64,000 bases of DNA from Phycisphaerales bacterium (GTDB lineage Bacteria; Planctomycetota; Phycisphaerae; WQYP01): the NCBI GenBank assembly GCA_027451365.1, contig DAIDJN010000058.1:32001-96000 (forward strand). The letters run 5' to 3'. The first letter of the stretch is position 1; each line of letters begins with the position of its first letter. The notes under the pieces are model-generated. The model saw only the letters and a program-made list of their open reading frames with translations. It did not search any database and was not told where the DNA came from. The translations under genes and the position numbers were made by a program. Below, one piece after another: positions 19,872 to 30,428 of the stretch.

Positions 19872-22800
19872 ATGAATAAGAATTCATTTCACTTCATTGG
19901 CCAACGCACACGGAATAGGAATCTTAGCAAAAAAGGATCAGCCTTTCGCCAGGCCAAACGTGCACGTTTAACAATGACGGCATATTGCGGCTTAGCCGCG
20001 GCTTCGCTGTTGCTGATCGGTTCGCCGACGCGGCATGCCGTGGCGGGTACTATTACATGGACCGACAGTACGAATTCGCATTTGTGGAGCGATAGTGGCA
20101 ACTGGAATCCCTCAGGTCCCCCCAGTGGTGACGATGTGGTAATCGGCAGCCCGGCGAGCAGTTCCACGCCGTCTCAGGTGAATCAAAGCTTTTCCATCAA
20201 TTCCTTGACCGTTGATTCGGACAGTGAATTGGATGTGAATGCGGGCAACAATTTGGTGGTTGCCAACAGCATTACGGACAATGGAACGATAAAGCTGAAT
20301 AGCACTGCCGCAAACTCTGGTACCGGGCTGGGAATAAGTGGTGTGGTCACCCTGACCGGTGCAGGCAATCTGATTCTTAACGCCTTTCCCACGGCCACGG
20401 GCACTGCAAATGTATATGATGCCGGCAGCAGCAATCTGACTCAGGATGTGCACCATACCATTGAAGGTACGGGCCAGATTAACGTCAACAGTTTCACAAA
20501 TAACGGCACGGTCGACGCCAATTCCAGTGGCAATACCCTGCTGCTGGACTCCAATAGTTCAACCTACACAAACAACAACCTGATGGAAGCGACAAGCGGT
20601 GGAATTCTGGAGGAATCAAATACCACCATCAATCAGGGCACCAGTGGCCTGATTGAAGCCGCCGGCGGCAATGTGCTGCTTAATGGCGGCACAATTTCCG
20701 GCGGCACGCTGACAAGCCTTTCCGGCAGCGAGATTGATGAACAGAATAATACCGCTTTGGCTGGTGTGACTGTTTCCGGTGGTACCAACCTGTATGTGTT
20801 GGATGGCAACAATCTGGTCCTCAATTCGACGACCCTTACCAACAACGGCACGATTACCGTAAACAAGGGTGGCGCCAATATCGGTACGGGCATCGCCATT
20901 GGTGGGGCTGTCGAACTTGCGGGAACTGGTTCGATTGTACTCAACGCCAACGGCACCGCCCTGGTGGATGCCAATTTCCACGACGGCGGCAGCAGTAATC
21001 TGACGCAAGATGCGGGCCATACCATTGAAGGTACGGGCCAGATTAACGTCAACAGTTTCACCAACAACGGCATCGTTAACGCCAATTCCAGTGGCAATAC
21101 ACTGCTGTTGGCCACTAATGGTTCCGCTTACACAAACAACAACCTGATGGAAGCGACAAGCGGTGGAATTCTGGAGGAATCAAATACCACCATCAATCAG
21201 GGCACCAGTGGCCTGATAAAAGCCGCTGGCGGCACGGTGCTGCTTAATGGTGGCACAATTTCCGGCGGCACCCTCACCAGTGCGATCGGCAGCGAGATTG
21301 ATGAACAGGGAAGCACCAATCTCATTGATACAACGACTTCCAGCGGCAGCAATCTTTTTGTGGTCGCCGGACAGAACCTTTCCCTGAATAACGGCAGCAG
21401 CAACGATCTGATTACCAACAACGGCACGATTACCGTAAACAAGGGTGGCTCCAGCACCGGTACGGGCATCGCCATTGGTGGGGCTGTCGAACTTGCGGGA
21501 ACCGGTTCGATTGTACTCAACGCCAACGGCACCGCCCTGGTGGATGCTAATTTCCACGACGGCGGCAGCAGTAATCTGACGCAAGATGCGGGCCATACCA
21601 TTGAAGGTACCGGACAGATTAACGTCAACATTTTTACCAACAACGGCATCGTTAACGCCAATTCCAGTGGCAATACACTGCTGTTGGCCACTAACAATGG
21701 CTCAACCTACACAAACAACAACCTGATGGAAGCGACAAGCGGTGGAATTCTGGAGGAATCAAATACCACCATCAATCAGGGCCCCAATGGCCTGATTGAA
21801 GCCAATGGCGGAAATGTGCTCCTTAATGGTGGCACAATTTCCGGCGGCACGCTGACGAGCCTTTCCGGCAGCGAGATTGATGAACAGAATAATACCGCTT
21901 TGGCTGGTGTGACTGTTTCCGGTGGTACCAACCTGTATGTGTTGGATGGCAACAATCTGTTCCTCAATTCGACGACCCTTACCAACAATGGCACGATTAC
22001 CGTAAACAAGGGTGGCTCCAGCACCGGTACGGGCATCGCTATTGGTGGGGCTGTCGAACTTGCGGGAACTGGCTCGATTGTACTCAACGCCAATAGCGCA
22101 TCCGTCGGGGATGCCAATTTCCACGACGGCGGCAACAGCAATCTGACGCAAGATTTGGGCCACACCATTTCCGGCACCGGCGAAATTAATGTCAACGCTT
22201 TCACCAATAACGGCATCGTTAACGCCAATTCCAGTGGCAATACCCTGCTGCTGGTCTCCAATAGTTCAACCTACACAAACAACAACCTGATGGAAGCCAC
22301 CGGCAAAGGAATTCTGGAGGAAATAAATACCACCATCAACCAGGGCACCAATGGCCTGATTGAAGCCTCTGGCGGCACGGTACTGCTTAATGGCGGCACA
22401 ATTTCCGGCGGCACCCTCACCAGTGCCAGCGGCAGCGAGATTGATGAACAGAATAATACCGCTGTGGCTGGTGTGACTGTTTCCGGTGGTACCAACCTGT
22501 ATGTGTTGGATGGCAACAATCTGTTCCTCAATTCGACGACCCTTACCAACAACGGCACCATTACCGTAAACAAGGGTGGCTCCAGCACCGGTACGGGCAT
22601 CGCCATTTTTAACGCCGTCGAACTTGCGGGAACCGGTTCGATTGTACTCAACGCCAATAGCGCATCCGTCGGGGATGCTAATTTCCACGACGGCGGCAGC
22701 AGTAATCTGACGCAAGATGCGGGCCATACCATTGAAGGTACGGGCCAGATTAACGTCAACAGTTTCACCAACAACGGCATCGTTAACGCCAATTCCAGTG

Positions 22801-24290
22801 GCAATACCCTGCTGCTGGTCTCCAATAGTTCAACCTACACCAACAACAACCTGATGGAAGCCACCGGCAAAGGAATTCTGGAGGAAATAAATACCACCAT
22901 CAATCAGGGCCCCAATGGCCTGATTGAAGCCAATGGCGGAAATGTGCTCCTTAATGGTGGCACAATTTCCGGCGGCACGCTGACGAGCCTTTCCGGCGGC
23001 GAGATTGATGAACAGAATAATACCGCTTTGGCCGGTGTGACTGTTTCCGGTGGTACCAACCTGTATGTGTTGGATGGCAACAATCTGTTCCTCAATTCGA
23101 CGACCCTTACCAACAACGGCACGATTACCGTAAACAAGGGTGGCTCCAACACCGGTACGGGCATCGGCATTGTTGGCACCGTCGAACTTGCGGGAACTGG
23201 TTCGATTGTACTCAACGCCAATAGCGCATCCGTCGGGGATGCCAATTTCCATGATGGCGGCAGCAGTAATCTGACGCAAGATGCGGGCCATACCATTGAA
23301 GGTACGGGCCAGATTAACGTCAACAGTTTCACCAACAACGGCACCGTTAATGCCAATGTCAACAGCGACACACTTGCCCTTATCAGCAATAGTTCAACCT
23401 ACACCAACAATGGCACCTTTGAGGCCAGCAATGGCGGCACGCTGGACGCTTCCAGCTCAAACCTTTCCAATTATTCAGCCAGCAACACAACGCTTACCGG
23501 CGGAACTTATGAAGTCACTGCCAACAGCACCATGATTCTGCCCGGCAACGTTACCACTAACAACGCGGACATTATCCTTAGTGGTACCAATACAACTTTC
23601 GCAGCCATTACGCCGCTGAACAACAATGAAGGCAGTTTCCACCTGCTGAACGGAGCGACCTTTACTACGGCGGGGGCGCTGACCAATTCTGGCACAATCG
23701 AAACGGCGGCCGCATTAAGTACCTTGACCGTGACCGGAGCGTTTACTCAGACTGCCGGCCTGACCATGGATAACGGAATTATCAACAATTCATCGACTAT
23801 GGAATTGCAGGGTGGCACGCTGGCAGGCACTGGTATTCTTTCTGGAGCGGTCGATAATACCGGCGGCACTATCAGCCCGGGCGATGCACCAGGTACGCTT
23901 ACCGTCGGCTCATTGAACCAGGGAAGCGATGGCTCATTGGATATTCTTCTGGCCAGCCTGTCGTCTTTCGATCAGCTTAATGTAACTGGCTCGGCAAGTA
24001 TTGCCGGTACCTTGGATGTTACCTTGGCCAACGGCTTCAATGCGCCAAATGGTTCGCAGTTTGATATTCTTACATCATCAGGACTTTCCGGAATATTTGA
24101 TAAGGTCGTCCTGCCTTCAGATTTTACAATTTCGTATACAGGTACAGATGTAATTCTGAATTACACGAATAACAGTCCGGCCGCAGCGCCCTCGCCTGCT
24201 TCGTTTACGCTGGCGGCGGCAGGTTTGCTGGGAATTGCTGGTCTTGGCCTGCTGCGGCGTTTTCGGCTGGTTTCGTTCGGTACCCGCTGA
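19872..24290 (+). CDS. Secreted beta-strand repeat protein with PEP-CTERM-like tail
   Basis: Signal region, W......WS...NW N-terminal motif, Asn/Gly/Thr-rich repeats, ISPGDAPGTL, tail APSPASFTLAAAGLLGIAGLGLLRRFR; start 19872 (GGAG upstream) or 19848. Confidence 0.85.
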   Translation: MNKNSFHFIGQRTRNRNLSKKGSAFRQAKRARLTMTAYCGLAAASLLLIGSPTRHAVAGTITWTDSTNSHLWSDSGNWNPSGPPSGDDVVIGSPASSSTPSQVNQSFSINSLTVDSDSELDVNAGNNLVVANSITDNGTIKLNSTAANSGTGLGISGVVTLTGAGNLILNAFPTATGTANVYDAGSSNLTQDVHHTIEGTGQINVNSFTNNGTVDANSSGNTLLLDSNSSTYTNNNLMEATSGGILEESNTTINQGTSGLIEAAGGNVLLNGGTISGGTLTSLSGSEIDEQNNTALAGVTVSGGTNLYVLDGNNLVLNSTTLTNNGTITVNKGGANIGTGIAIGGAVELAGTGSIVLNANGTALVDANFHDGGSSNLTQDAGHTIEGTGQINVNSFTNNGIVNANSSGNTLLLATNGSAYTNNNLMEATSGGILEESNTTINQGTSGLIKAAGGTVLLNGGTISGGTLTSAIGSEIDEQGSTNLIDTTTSSGSNLFVVAGQNLSLNNGSSNDLITNNGTITVNKGGSSTGTGIAIGGAVELAGTGSIVLNANGTALVDANFHDGGSSNLTQDAGHTIEGTGQINVNIFTNNGIVNANSSGNTLLLATNNGSTYTNNNLMEATSGGILEESNTTINQGPNGLIEANGGNVLLNGGTISGGTLTSLSGSEIDEQNNTALAGVTVSGGTNLYVLDGNNLFLNSTTLTNNGTITVNKGGSSTGTGIAIGGAVELAGTGSIVLNANSASVGDANFHDGGNSNLTQDLGHTISGTGEINVNAFTNNGIVNANSSGNTLLLVSNSSTYTNNNLMEATGKGILEEINTTINQGTNGLIEASGGTVLLNGGTISGGTLTSASGSEIDEQNNTAVAGVTVSGGTNLYVLDGNNLFLNSTTLTNNGTITVNKGGSSTGTGIAIFNAVELAGTGSIVLNANSASVGDANFHDGGSSNLTQDAGHTIEGTGQINVNSFTNNGIVNANSSGNTLLLVSNSSTYTNNNLMEATGKGILEEINTTINQGPNGLIEANGGNVLLNGGTISGGTLTSLSGGEIDEQNNTALAGVTVSGGTNLYVLDGNNLFLNSTTLTNNGTITVNKGGSNTGTGIGIVGTVELAGTGSIVLNANSASVGDANFHDGGSSNLTQDAGHTIEGTGQINVNSFTNNGTVNANVNSDTLALISNSSTYTNNGTFEASNGGTLDASSSNLSNYSASNTTLTGGTYEVTANSTMILPGNVTTNNADIILSGTNTTFAAITPLNNNEGSFHLLNGATFTTAGALTNSGTIETAAALSTLTVTGAFTQTAGLTMDNGIINNSSTMELQGGTLAGTGILSGAVDNTGGTISPGDAPGTLTVGSLNQGSDGSLDILLASLSSFDQLNVTGSASIAGTLDVTLANGFNAPNGSQFDILTSSGLSGIFDKVVLPSDFTISYTGTDVILNYTNNSPAAAPSPASFTLAAAGLLGIAGLGLLRRFRLVSFGTR
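20420..23412 (+). repeat. Intragenic tandem repeat, about 5.3 near-identical units of 564-576 bp (188-192 aa)
   Basis: Anchor GCCAAT recurs at 20517, 21081, 21657, 22224, 22788, 23352 (spacings 564, 576, 567, 564, 564); outer limits approximate. Confidence 0.95.
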
Positions 24291-24403
24291 TAAGGGCACC
24301 CAATTCAGCCGTAAAACAGACTTGGGTCGCGCACGGCCGTGGGCGGCTCGGCTATTCTGGTATGCCGGCGAAGCGGTCTTGGCTCACGCTGAAATGTGGG
24401 TGA

Positions 24404-25573
24404 TCAGGCCGTGCGGCCACGCCATTTCACCGGGCGGCCAAGGAACCGGCGGCAGAATGCGTACCATTGAATGATTACCAGCAGAACAATTCCCAGCGGG
24501 TGCAGCACAACGCCCAGCCAGGATTGGCGGAAGCGAACCGCCGCAATGCTGCGCGGCAAATAGACAGCCACGCAACCCACGTAACTTATAAGATACGGCC
24601 AGGGTGAAGGCCACCGAATCGCCCAGATCAGAAAAACAAGCGGCATCACCTGGCCGCCAATCAGAATAAGACTGGCCGGTAAAATAAGTTGCGGATTGGC
24701 AATTCCTTCGGCCGCATTTTTTGCAAGTCCAGTCCAGACCTCGGCGGCGGAAGCATACATTCGGCAGGTGCAAAAGTCGGTTGCATCAAACAGGTCGGTC
24801 CGCAATCCAGCCTGACGGAACGCGCGGGGAAGCGTCAGACCATCATGTCGCGATAAGCGAATGGCCCGGTGCCCATCCGCGGCAAAGTATTCGGTTCGCC
24901 GGGCTAAAAAAAGCTGTCCGCAACCCGCACCAAACGCGGGGCTGGCATTTTGTCGCATTTTCCACAATGGCAGATAGCCGAGCAGAACAAAATGAATCAG
25001 GGGCAGCAGTAATTTTTCCAGGAGCGTTCCGGTGATCTGTCGGGGAAAACCGCTGGCGAGTGGTGCCGTCGATTGCCGCATAAAGCTTTCTGCGCGATCC
25101 AGCGCCTGCGGTTCCAGCCGCACATCGGCATCCATAAACACCAGCAGATCGCCGCGGGATTCGAGTGCCAGCGTCCAACACGCAAACTGCTTGCCGCACC
25201 AGCCGGGTGGAAGGGAATTGCCGGAAATCAGCCGAATGCGCGAATCGGCTTTGGCGATTTCGCGGACGATTGCACCGGTGCGGTCGGTCGACTGGTCGTC
25301 CAAAATGAGAAGTTCCAGTGAAAGGCAATCATTGGCCAAGGCGCTTTGAATAGCGGCCGCAATATTGGTTTCTTCATTACGGGCGGGAATCAGGATGGAA
25401 ACCAGGGGCTTTTCCGGATTTTGGTCCGGCTTCGCGGGCAAAGTCGGATCGGCTGCCAGGGCGTTTTTTTCCGCGGGTGGCAACGCCTTAAAATGCTGGA
25501 GATTCGCCAGAAATATGCCTGCGGGAACCAAGGCCAGAACTGTGCAGACAATTGCAAGAAAAAATATAGTCAC
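24404..25573 (-). CDS. Glycosyltransferase family 2, membrane-anchored (carotenoid glycosyltransferase-like)
   Basis: VSILIPARNEE, DDQSTD, PPGWCGKQFAC, FMDADV, CRMY; GTGA overlap with upstream stop. Confidence 0.88.
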   Translation of the reverse strand: MTIFFLAIVCTVLALVPAGIFLANLQHFKALPPAEKNALAADPTLPAKPDQNPEKPLVSILIPARNEETNIAAAIQSALANDCLSLELLILDDQSTDRTGAIVREIAKADSRIRLISGNSLPPGWCGKQFACWTLALESRGDLLVFMDADVRLEPQALDRAESFMRQSTAPLASGFPRQITGTLLEKLLLPLIHFVLLGYLPLWKMRQNASPAFGAGCGQLFLARRTEYFAADGHRAIRLSRHDGLTLPRAFRQAGLRTDLFDATDFCTCRMYASAAEVWTGLAKNAAEGIANPQLILPASLILIGGQVMPLVFLIWAIRWPSPWPYLISYVGCVAVYLPRSIAAVRFRQSWLGVVLHPLGIVLLVIIQWYAFCRRFLGRPVKWRGRTA

Positions 25574-26403
25574 GCCTGCGGACCCTCGTGGCCGGGAAAA
25601 AAAACGCGGCCCTTGCGCCACGCATTCGTGCGACGCGCCAGGTCATATATACCGCCTATACCGATGCGGCCGGTAAGCAAGGTGGTAAAGCGGGCCGGTT
25701 CGCGGGTGATAACGTTTTGTGCCAGCGCGGTTTGCCCATAACCCAAGGCGTCGGCAAGGTGGCTCGTCCATTGGGCCGCCGTGGTCGGCCCAATGGAATG
25801 ATTCGACTGGTCCTGCCGGGCGATTGTCAGCACGGGCGTACCGAACCGGATAAAGGCCTCCGGCAGCCGCTCCTGCCAGAAGGCATATTCAATGGCCACG
25901 GGTATAAGTGTGAGCGGGTAAATGCTTGCGGCCAGGTGGCCGATGCCCGGCCGCAGCGGTGCGCTGATGTTACGCGGATCGGTGAAGTCACCCTGCGGGG
26001 TAAGCCAAAGTGCCATCTTTTGTTCCCGCAGGATGGCGCGGCTTGTTTGCAGAAATCTCAATGTGCCACGCCGACAATTCCGCTGTATGCCAAAAAATCC
26101 AATTTTCATCATGAACCGATAGCGTTCCAGGGCTGCGGCGTCTATGGGCGCAAAATGTTGATAATCGGGATAGCAGCGGAAGGCGATGGCGGCTGCCACC
26201 AGCGGGTCCCACCAGGATGGATGATTCATATAAAACAGCGTGGGACCGGAAAGCACCGGTACGGGTGTCTGGCGGTCAATCCGCACGGAATTAAAATGTT
26301 TACGCAGATAGTATATGAAATAATGGCTGAAAAATGCGAACAGTGGTGGCGATATGACTGGCGGCCGGCAGCGTTCCGCGGGTTCTTTGTTTGTCCTGGG
26401 CAT
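25570..26403 (-). CDS. PlsC-like lysophospholipid acyltransferase family protein
   Basis: NHPSWWD, LWLTPQG, LRPGIGHLA, ERLPE. Confidence 0.85.
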   Translation of the reverse strand: MPRTNKEPAERCRPPVISPPLFAFFSHYFIYYLRKHFNSVRIDRQTPVPVLSGPTLFYMNHPSWWDPLVAAAIAFRCYPDYQHFAPIDAAALERYRFMMKIGFFGIQRNCRRGTLRFLQTSRAILREQKMALWLTPQGDFTDPRNISAPLRPGIGHLAASIYPLTLIPVAIEYAFWQERLPEAFIRFGTPVLTIARQDQSNHSIGPTTAAQWTSHLADALGYGQTALAQNVITREPARFTTLLTGRIGIGGIYDLARRTNAWRKGRVFFPGHEGPQA

Positions 26404-26575
26404 TGAATAACTCCAGCGCCGCGCCGGCGTCCGGCGGCATCGCGACCATTTAATTATACCCGCGCCGGTTCCAAAGGCATGGACAGCCTGTGGCCCCTGT
26501 CATACCATTTATTCAGCGAAAGATGCCGCCGCAATGGCCGCGGCGGTTGGCCATCCATTTTATACAGGGGATTGC

Positions 26576-27733
26576 ATGGTAGAGTTTTCCACCGCAAAAG
26601 TCAGCACGGGGCCGGGCGCGGGCCCCGCCGGGCGGGTCCCGATGTTCGAGTTGGTCACGCAATATCAACCGCTGCGGGCCGAAATTGAACAGGCCATCCA
26701 CCAGGTGCTGGAAACAACAGAATACATCGGGGGAAGCGCGCTTAAGCGGTTTGAAGAAAACCTTGGGCGTTATACCCAGGCCCATGCCATTGCCGTAAGC
26801 AGCGGTACCGACGCCATTCTGGCCACGCTGATGGCGTTGAACATCGGCCGGGGAGATGAAGTGATTACCACGCCGTTTACCTTTTTCGCCACGGCTGGCT
26901 GTATTTCGCGTGTGGGGGCGGTTCCCGTTTTTGTGGATATTGATCCGGCCAGTTTTCTGATGGATATTTCCAGCGTCGGTGCGGCCATGACCTCCGCAAC
27001 CCGGGCGATTCTGCCGGTGCACCTGTTCGGCCAGATGTGTGACATGGCGGCGCTGGCGGGTCTGGCTTCCGGTGGCCGGATTTCCATTGTGGAAGATGCG
27101 GCCCAAAGTATTGGTTCGCGCGATCCGAACGGCAACCAGGGCGCGCAACTTGGACGGGCCGCCTGCCTTTCGTTTTACCCGACGAAAAATCTTGGTGCCG
27201 CCGGCGATGCGGGCGCGATTCTTACACGCGACGCCGCGTTCGCCGCACGACTGGCCCAGACGCGTCAGCATGGTGAAACCACACGTTACCACCACGCTTT
27301 TGTGGGCGGCAATTTTCGCCTGGATGGGATTCAATGCGCCGTGCTTGACGTTAAATTAAAATATGTTGATAGATGGAATAATCGGCGGCGGGAAATAGCC
27401 GCCATTTACGACGCCCGCTTTGCCGGTACAGATGTGCAGCCGCCCGTTGCGCTGCCCGGGGGCCATCATGTGTATCACCAGTATGTGGTGCGGGCACCGC
27501 GGCGAGATGCCCTTCGCGACCATCTGACGAAATTTGGCATCGGCTGCGCCATTTACTATCCGCTGCCATTGCACCTGCAGGAGTGTTTTGCGCACCTTGG
27601 TTATAAACCAGGTGCGTTTCCTCATGCGGAAAAAGCCTGTTTGGACGTGCTGGCGCTGCCCGTTTTTCCGGAACTGACCGATGCGCAGGTGCATCAGGTG
27701 GCCGATGCGGTTCTGGCTTTTTATCGCGGCTGA
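26576..27733 (+). CDS. DegT/DnrJ/EryC1/StrS family aminotransferase
   Basis: SSGTDA, PVHLFGQ, EDAAQ, SFYPTKNLGAAGDAG. Confidence 0.93.
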   Translation: MVEFSTAKVSTGPGAGPAGRVPMFELVTQYQPLRAEIEQAIHQVLETTEYIGGSALKRFEENLGRYTQAHAIAVSSGTDAILATLMALNIGRGDEVITTPFTFFATAGCISRVGAVPVFVDIDPASFLMDISSVGAAMTSATRAILPVHLFGQMCDMAALAGLASGGRISIVEDAAQSIGSRDPNGNQGAQLGRAACLSFYPTKNLGAAGDAGAILTRDAAFAARLAQTRQHGETTRYHHAFVGGNFRLDGIQCAVLDVKLKYVDRWNNRRREIAAIYDARFAGTDVQPPVALPGGHHVYHQYVVRAPRRDALRDHLTKFGIGCAIYYPLPLHLQECFAHLGYKPGAFPHAEKACLDVLALPVFPELTDAQVHQVADAVLAFYRG

Positions 27734-27756
27734 TCGCGTAATGATGCGAAAGCGTT

Positions 27757-28812
27757 TTACGCGAGGTCCGTCAATTTTTCCGCCTTTGTGGTCGCCTGAT
27801 GCAGCGGATTGGGATCTTTCCGCAGAATCATCCAGATCAGGAATACCAACCCGCCCAGCAGCATCGGAACACTGTAAATGATGCCCAGGCTTATCCAGTG
27901 CCCGAAGATCAGCTTCGGCTGGTCCCCCACACGGAACTGTTCCCCGATGATCCGCATGATTGGATAACCAACGGCAAAAGTTGCCGCCGCAATTCCCTCT
28001 TTCTTCCATTTACGTCCCACGAAAAAGCAGATCAGAAACAGGATGAGGCCCTCAAAAAATGCCTCAATAAGTTCACTGGGAATGCGCGGCGGCAGAATAT
28101 GCCTTAATTGTGCGATGACAAAAGGGTGTCCCTGACGCGAAAGATTCACGATTTCCTGTCGCGGATTGGTCGCCATGGCATGGGCCAGGTGCGGGTGCCG
28201 CAGCAGAATCTGTTCTTCCAGCCGATGCACGGCAATGCTGCTGACCGTCGGCTCGGTTTTTAATTGCGGGGGAAAAATAAGCTCGGTCGGATACTGAACC
28301 GCCAGCGGGCCGTGCCACACATGCCCGTAAAGTTCGCCATTAATAAAATTGGCGATTCTGCCGAAAAATAGCCCTATCGGGGCCACCATGGCGCCACAAT
28401 CCACCAGGTTCAGCCAGCGGTAACCGTGGCGGCGTCCGAAAACCCAACTGGCCACAAACACCCCGATAATTCCACCATGTGCGGCCATTCCCCCATCCTG
28501 CACCATCAACAGGCTCCACCAGGGGAAATGAGATGAAAATGTGGTGAACATGTGCGGGCGGTAGAGTGCCGCTTCCCCCAGCCGTCCGCCAATCATCACG
28601 CCAAAAATGGCCACGAACAGGACGTAATCGAGCAGTTTGTCGCGTGGCAGCAACATGCGACCGGTTTTAATAAATCGAGCCATCAGCAGATACGCAATGA
28701 TAAATCCAGTCAGATAGGCAGTGCCATACCAGCGAATGCCGAATCCGGACTGCCTCCATTGCACAATGAACGGATTCAGAGTTTCAATGTAATACGCAAG
28801 AATAGGGGTCAC
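27757..28812 (-). CDS. lgt: Prolipoprotein diacylglyceryl transferase
   Basis: IRWYG, GGRLG, GGMAAHGG, GRIANFINGELYG, EG, R...EQFR. Confidence 0.93.
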   Translation of the reverse strand: MTPILAYYIETLNPFIVQWRQSGFGIRWYGTAYLTGFIIAYLLMARFIKTGRMLLPRDKLLDYVLFVAIFGVMIGGRLGEAALYRPHMFTTFSSHFPWWSLLMVQDGGMAAHGGIIGVFVASWVFGRRHGYRWLNLVDCGAMVAPIGLFFGRIANFINGELYGHVWHGPLAVQYPTELIFPPQLKTEPTVSSIAVHRLEEQILLRHPHLAHAMATNPRQEIVNLSRQGHPFVIAQLRHILPPRIPSELIEAFFEGLILFLICFFVGRKWKKEGIAAATFAVGYPIMRIIGEQFRVGDQPKLIFGHWISLGIIYSVPMLLGGLVFLIWMILRKDPNPLHQATTKAEKLTDLA

Positions 28813-29073
28813 GTTGCTCCTTTGCCAGCGGGATAACTCAATGCCATTCTACCGTTTGGCGTCGCATCTGGTTCATTCCCAGGTTGCAAAACCGCGCTGT
28901 TAAGCCGTTTGGACATGGCTGATGCCGATTGTCCGGGACTGATACTTTACCGAATAAGCAAAGTTTCTTACACTGCCCCAACTCCGATGGCCCCAAGGTC
29001 GGGTGCAAAAGGTTCGCCAATGTGGTTGAACGGATGGCACGCTTCGGCCCGCGGGTGAAGCTGTTTTAAGGAA

Positions 29074-30261
29074 ATGAAGATGTCATTTGTAAAATCCCAG
29101 CGGTTGCAGGCGTTGCCACCTTACCTGTTTATTGAGATTGACAAACGCAAGCGCGCGCTTCTTGCCGCCGGCAAGGATGTGATTAATCTGGGTGTCGGAG
29201 ACCCGGACATGCCCACCCATGGTTTTATTATAGATGCCATGGCCAAAGCAATTTATGACCCGAAAAATCACCGGTATCCGTTCGATGAAGGCGTACCCGC
29301 CTATCGGCAGGCCGCGGCAAAATTCATGGAAAAGCGCTTTGGCGTAACGCTGGATGCGGACAAGGAAGTTCTCACGACTATCGGATCTAAAGACGGAATT
29401 GCGCATTTGCCCCTGGCGGTGGTGAATCCAGGTGATACGGTGTTGGTGCCACAGCCGGGCTATCCGGTCTATGCCACCGGTACCAGCTTTGCCGGTGGGC
29501 GGGTGTTTACGATGCCCCTGCTGGAAATGAATAATTTTCTGCCGGATCTGGATGCCATTCCGGAAGATGTCCGCAAGCAAAGCCGACTGATCTGGTTGAA
29601 TTATCCGAATAACCCGACTGCCGCCACCGCGCCCCTGGCGTTTTATGAAAAAGTGGTGGCTATGGCCAAGCGGTACAACTGGGTGATTGCCAATGACCTG
29701 GCCTATGGCGAGGTATATTTTGAAGCCGCCCCGCCCAGCATTCTTCAGGTGCCGGGAGCCAGAGACGTCGCCATCGAATTTCATTCGCTCTCCAAAAGCT
29801 TCAATATGACCGGCTGGCGCATTGGATGGGCTGCGGGAAATCCGGCAATTATCGCCGCCCTTGGACAGGTGAAGGGCAATGTGGACAGCGGCCAGTTCAA
29901 TGCCATTCAGGTGGCCGGTGCCGTGGCACTGGAACACTATGATCACGCATCGGTCAAGCGTCAGATGGACATTTACCGTGGTCGGCGTGACGTACTGTAC
30001 AACGGCCTTGTCGCCTTGGGCTGGAAGTTTCGGAAACCGACAGCAGGCTTTTTCTGTTGGGTCAATACGCCCAAGGGTTTGCCTTCGATGGATCTGTGTG
30101 GCCGGCTGATTGACGAGGCGCATGTCGTGACCGTGCCAGGGGCGGGCTTCGGAGCCGCCGGGGAAGGTTACCTGCGCATGGCTCTGACGGTGGATGAGGA
30201 CCGCATTCGTCAGGCAGTGGAACGGATTGGCAATATCAGGGAATTGCGCGTGGGCGGATGA
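29074..30261 (+). CDS. dapL: Class I/II PLP aminotransferase, probable LL-diaminopimelate aminotransferase
   Basis: LPPYLF, LGVGDPD, GSKDGI, NYPNNPT, DLAY, EFHSLSKSFNMTGWRIG; substrate specificity inferred. Confidence 0.75.
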   Translation: MKMSFVKSQRLQALPPYLFIEIDKRKRALLAAGKDVINLGVGDPDMPTHGFIIDAMAKAIYDPKNHRYPFDEGVPAYRQAAAKFMEKRFGVTLDADKEVLTTIGSKDGIAHLPLAVVNPGDTVLVPQPGYPVYATGTSFAGGRVFTMPLLEMNNFLPDLDAIPEDVRKQSRLIWLNYPNNPTAATAPLAFYEKVVAMAKRYNWVIANDLAYGEVYFEAAPPSILQVPGARDVAIEFHSLSKSFNMTGWRIGWAAGNPAIIAALGQVKGNVDSGQFNAIQVAGAVALEHYDHASVKRQMDIYRGRRDVLYNGLVALGWKFRKPTAGFFCWVNTPKGLPSMDLCGRLIDEAHVVTVPGAGFGAAGEGYLRMALTVDEDRIRQAVERIGNIRELRVGG

Positions 30262-30341
30262 CCCATTGCGTTTTTTTTCCCGCGAGGGTTCGTCGAATTT
30301 CGACGGCGCGGAATATCCGCCGTGCCGCCCAATAAAGAGCA

Positions 30342-30367
30342 GGGGGACCCGGAAAGCCGGGTCCCCC
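30342..30367. terminator. Hairpin terminator between convergent dapL and hsp20 genes
   Basis: GGGGGACCCGG-AAAG-CCGGGTCCCCC perfect 11-bp stem; T-rich run follows on the minus strand. Confidence 0.75.
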
Positions 30368-30428
30368 GTTGCCGATTTTTAATCAGCTCAGTTGTATGGT
30401 CACGGGCCGTGTCGCCTGCCGCCGTCAC

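Noticed and set aside
20420..23412. AAC-rich near-identical repeats as a diversity-generating retroelement or CRISPR array
   Set aside because: No reverse transcriptase or cas gene in the window; units are in-frame coding repeats of 564 bp or more and differences are not confined to adenines
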